A stretch of DNA of 64,000 bases from Macrostomum lignano (lineage: Eukaryota), in the NCBI GenBank assembly GCA_002269645.1, contig NIVC01003283.1:40569-104568 (forward strand). Reading direction: 5' to 3'. A model generated the notes under the pieces. It saw only the letters and a list, made by a program, of their open reading frames with translations. It was not told the origin of the DNA and made no database searches. This document shows positions 63,006 through 64,000 of the stretch, one piece after another. A program made the position numbers and the translations under genes. How positions within the stretch are numbered: the first letter of the stretch is position 1; each line of letters begins with the position of its first letter.

Positions 63006-63328
63006 TTATTGAGTCTTCGTAGGCGCCTTTTTATCACTGCTACTAGTAGTAGCGCTAGTAGTAGCTTCATCCTTCTCGTAGTACCTGTGCTTGAGCGCCC
63101 GGTACTTGCGCAGCATGTACAGCGCCTCCAGCTCTTTGATGACGAACTCACCCCGGCCAATCAGCACCTTGATCTGGTCCGGGTCCTTGACTCCGCTATT
63201 CTTCAAGAATACGGACTTTAGTCGTCGCGAAAGTAAGCGTAACCTTTGGGATAGTCGCGTCCCATGTACAGCAGGTTTTTGTACAGGGCGATCACCTGAG
63301 AGCGGAGCTGCGGCGGCGGTGACGTCAT
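63006..63328 (-). CDS. ETFRF1: ETF regulatory factor 1 (LYRM5), intronless, with one apparent 1-nt deletion near 63224
   Basis: [35 protein letters not shown] in one frame, then [49 protein letters not shown] in another, matching ETFRF1/LYRM5 as recalled. ATG to stop spans 323 nt, one short of 108 codons. Confidence 0.92.
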
Positions 63329-63439
63329 TGGGTCAGAGATCGAGCTTTGCAACTAGCTGCGAAATAAAATGTTGAGAAAGCCTGATTAATTTCCGACTTG
63401 ACAGAAGACGTACTAATCGAGGCATTTTAAATGACAGGG

Positions 63440-64000
63440 GAAGGACGGAGGGAGAAGCGGGCATTACTGAAGGGCACGGAGAAGCGGGCATCACTGAAGG
63501 GCACGGAGAAGCGGGCATCACTGAAGGGCACGGAGAAGCGGGCATCACTGAAGGGCACGGAGGGAGAAGCGGGCATCACTGAAGGGCACGGAGGGAGCAG
63601 CGGGATCACTGAAGGGCACGGAGGGAGAAGCGGGCATCACTGAAGGGCACGGAGGGAGAAGCGGGCATCACTGAAGGGCACGGAGAAGCGGGCATCACTG
63701 AAGGCACGGAGAAGCGGCATCACTGAAGGGCACGGAGGGAGAAAGCGGGCATCACTGAAGGGCACGGAGGGAGAAGCGGGCATCACTGAAGGGCACGGAG
63801 GGAGAAGCGGGCATCACTGAAGGGCACGGAGGGAGAAGCGGGCATCACTGAAGGGCACGGAGAAGCGGGCATCACTGAAGGGCACGGAGGGAGAAGCGGG
63901 CATCACTGAAGGGCACGGAGGAGAAGCGGCATCACTGAAGGCACGGAGGGAGAAGCGGGCATCACTGAAGGGCACGGAGGGAGAAGCGGGCATCACTGAA
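63440..64000 (+). repeat. 27/31-bp minisatellite running off the window end
   Basis: Unit gggcatcactgaagggcacgga(ggga)gaagc. Confidence 0.96.

Overview
Eukaryotic animal genomic DNA with GC-rich exons, AT-rich intergenic tracts, GT-AG introns and one 181-N scaffold gap at 22945-23125. The minisatellite-packed introns, RTE-type LINE relic and gene content suggest a free-living flatworm such as Macrostomum; that species assignment is inference only. Recognisable genes, all identified by manual comparison with remembered orthologues: CFAP58 (-, partial), UBE2Q (-, 5' exon missing), SCYL1 (+, 5' exons missing), an STMND1-like gene (-), DNAJC1 (-) and ETFRF1/LYRM5 (-). Less familiar genes are the most interesting. 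(i) A 9-exon Hv1-like voltage-sensor-only protein whose S4 reads RxSRxxQxxR instead of RxWRxxRxxN. (ii) An intronless neuropeptide precursor with 13 Q-Y-N-G/S-G-M-F-amide copies. (iii) An intronless secreted 396-aa Glu/Lys/His-rich helical protein. (iv) A tentative small minus-strand gene head-to-head with the neuropeptide gene. Mobile DNA: two copies of one MITE family (14-bp TIR, 8-bp TSD), a 1076-bp TIR element (8-bp TSD), a tRNA-derived SINE with a Deu/Nin-like core, and an RTE fragment. More than 25 distinct tandem arrays occur, and most long introns are filled with one. CFAP58, SCYL1 and ETFRF1 carry small frameshifting indels, most simply explained as long-read consensus error. I found no rRNA, CRISPR array or convincing tRNA gene. 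Most of the long ORFs in the supplied track are by-products of stop-free tandem repeats.
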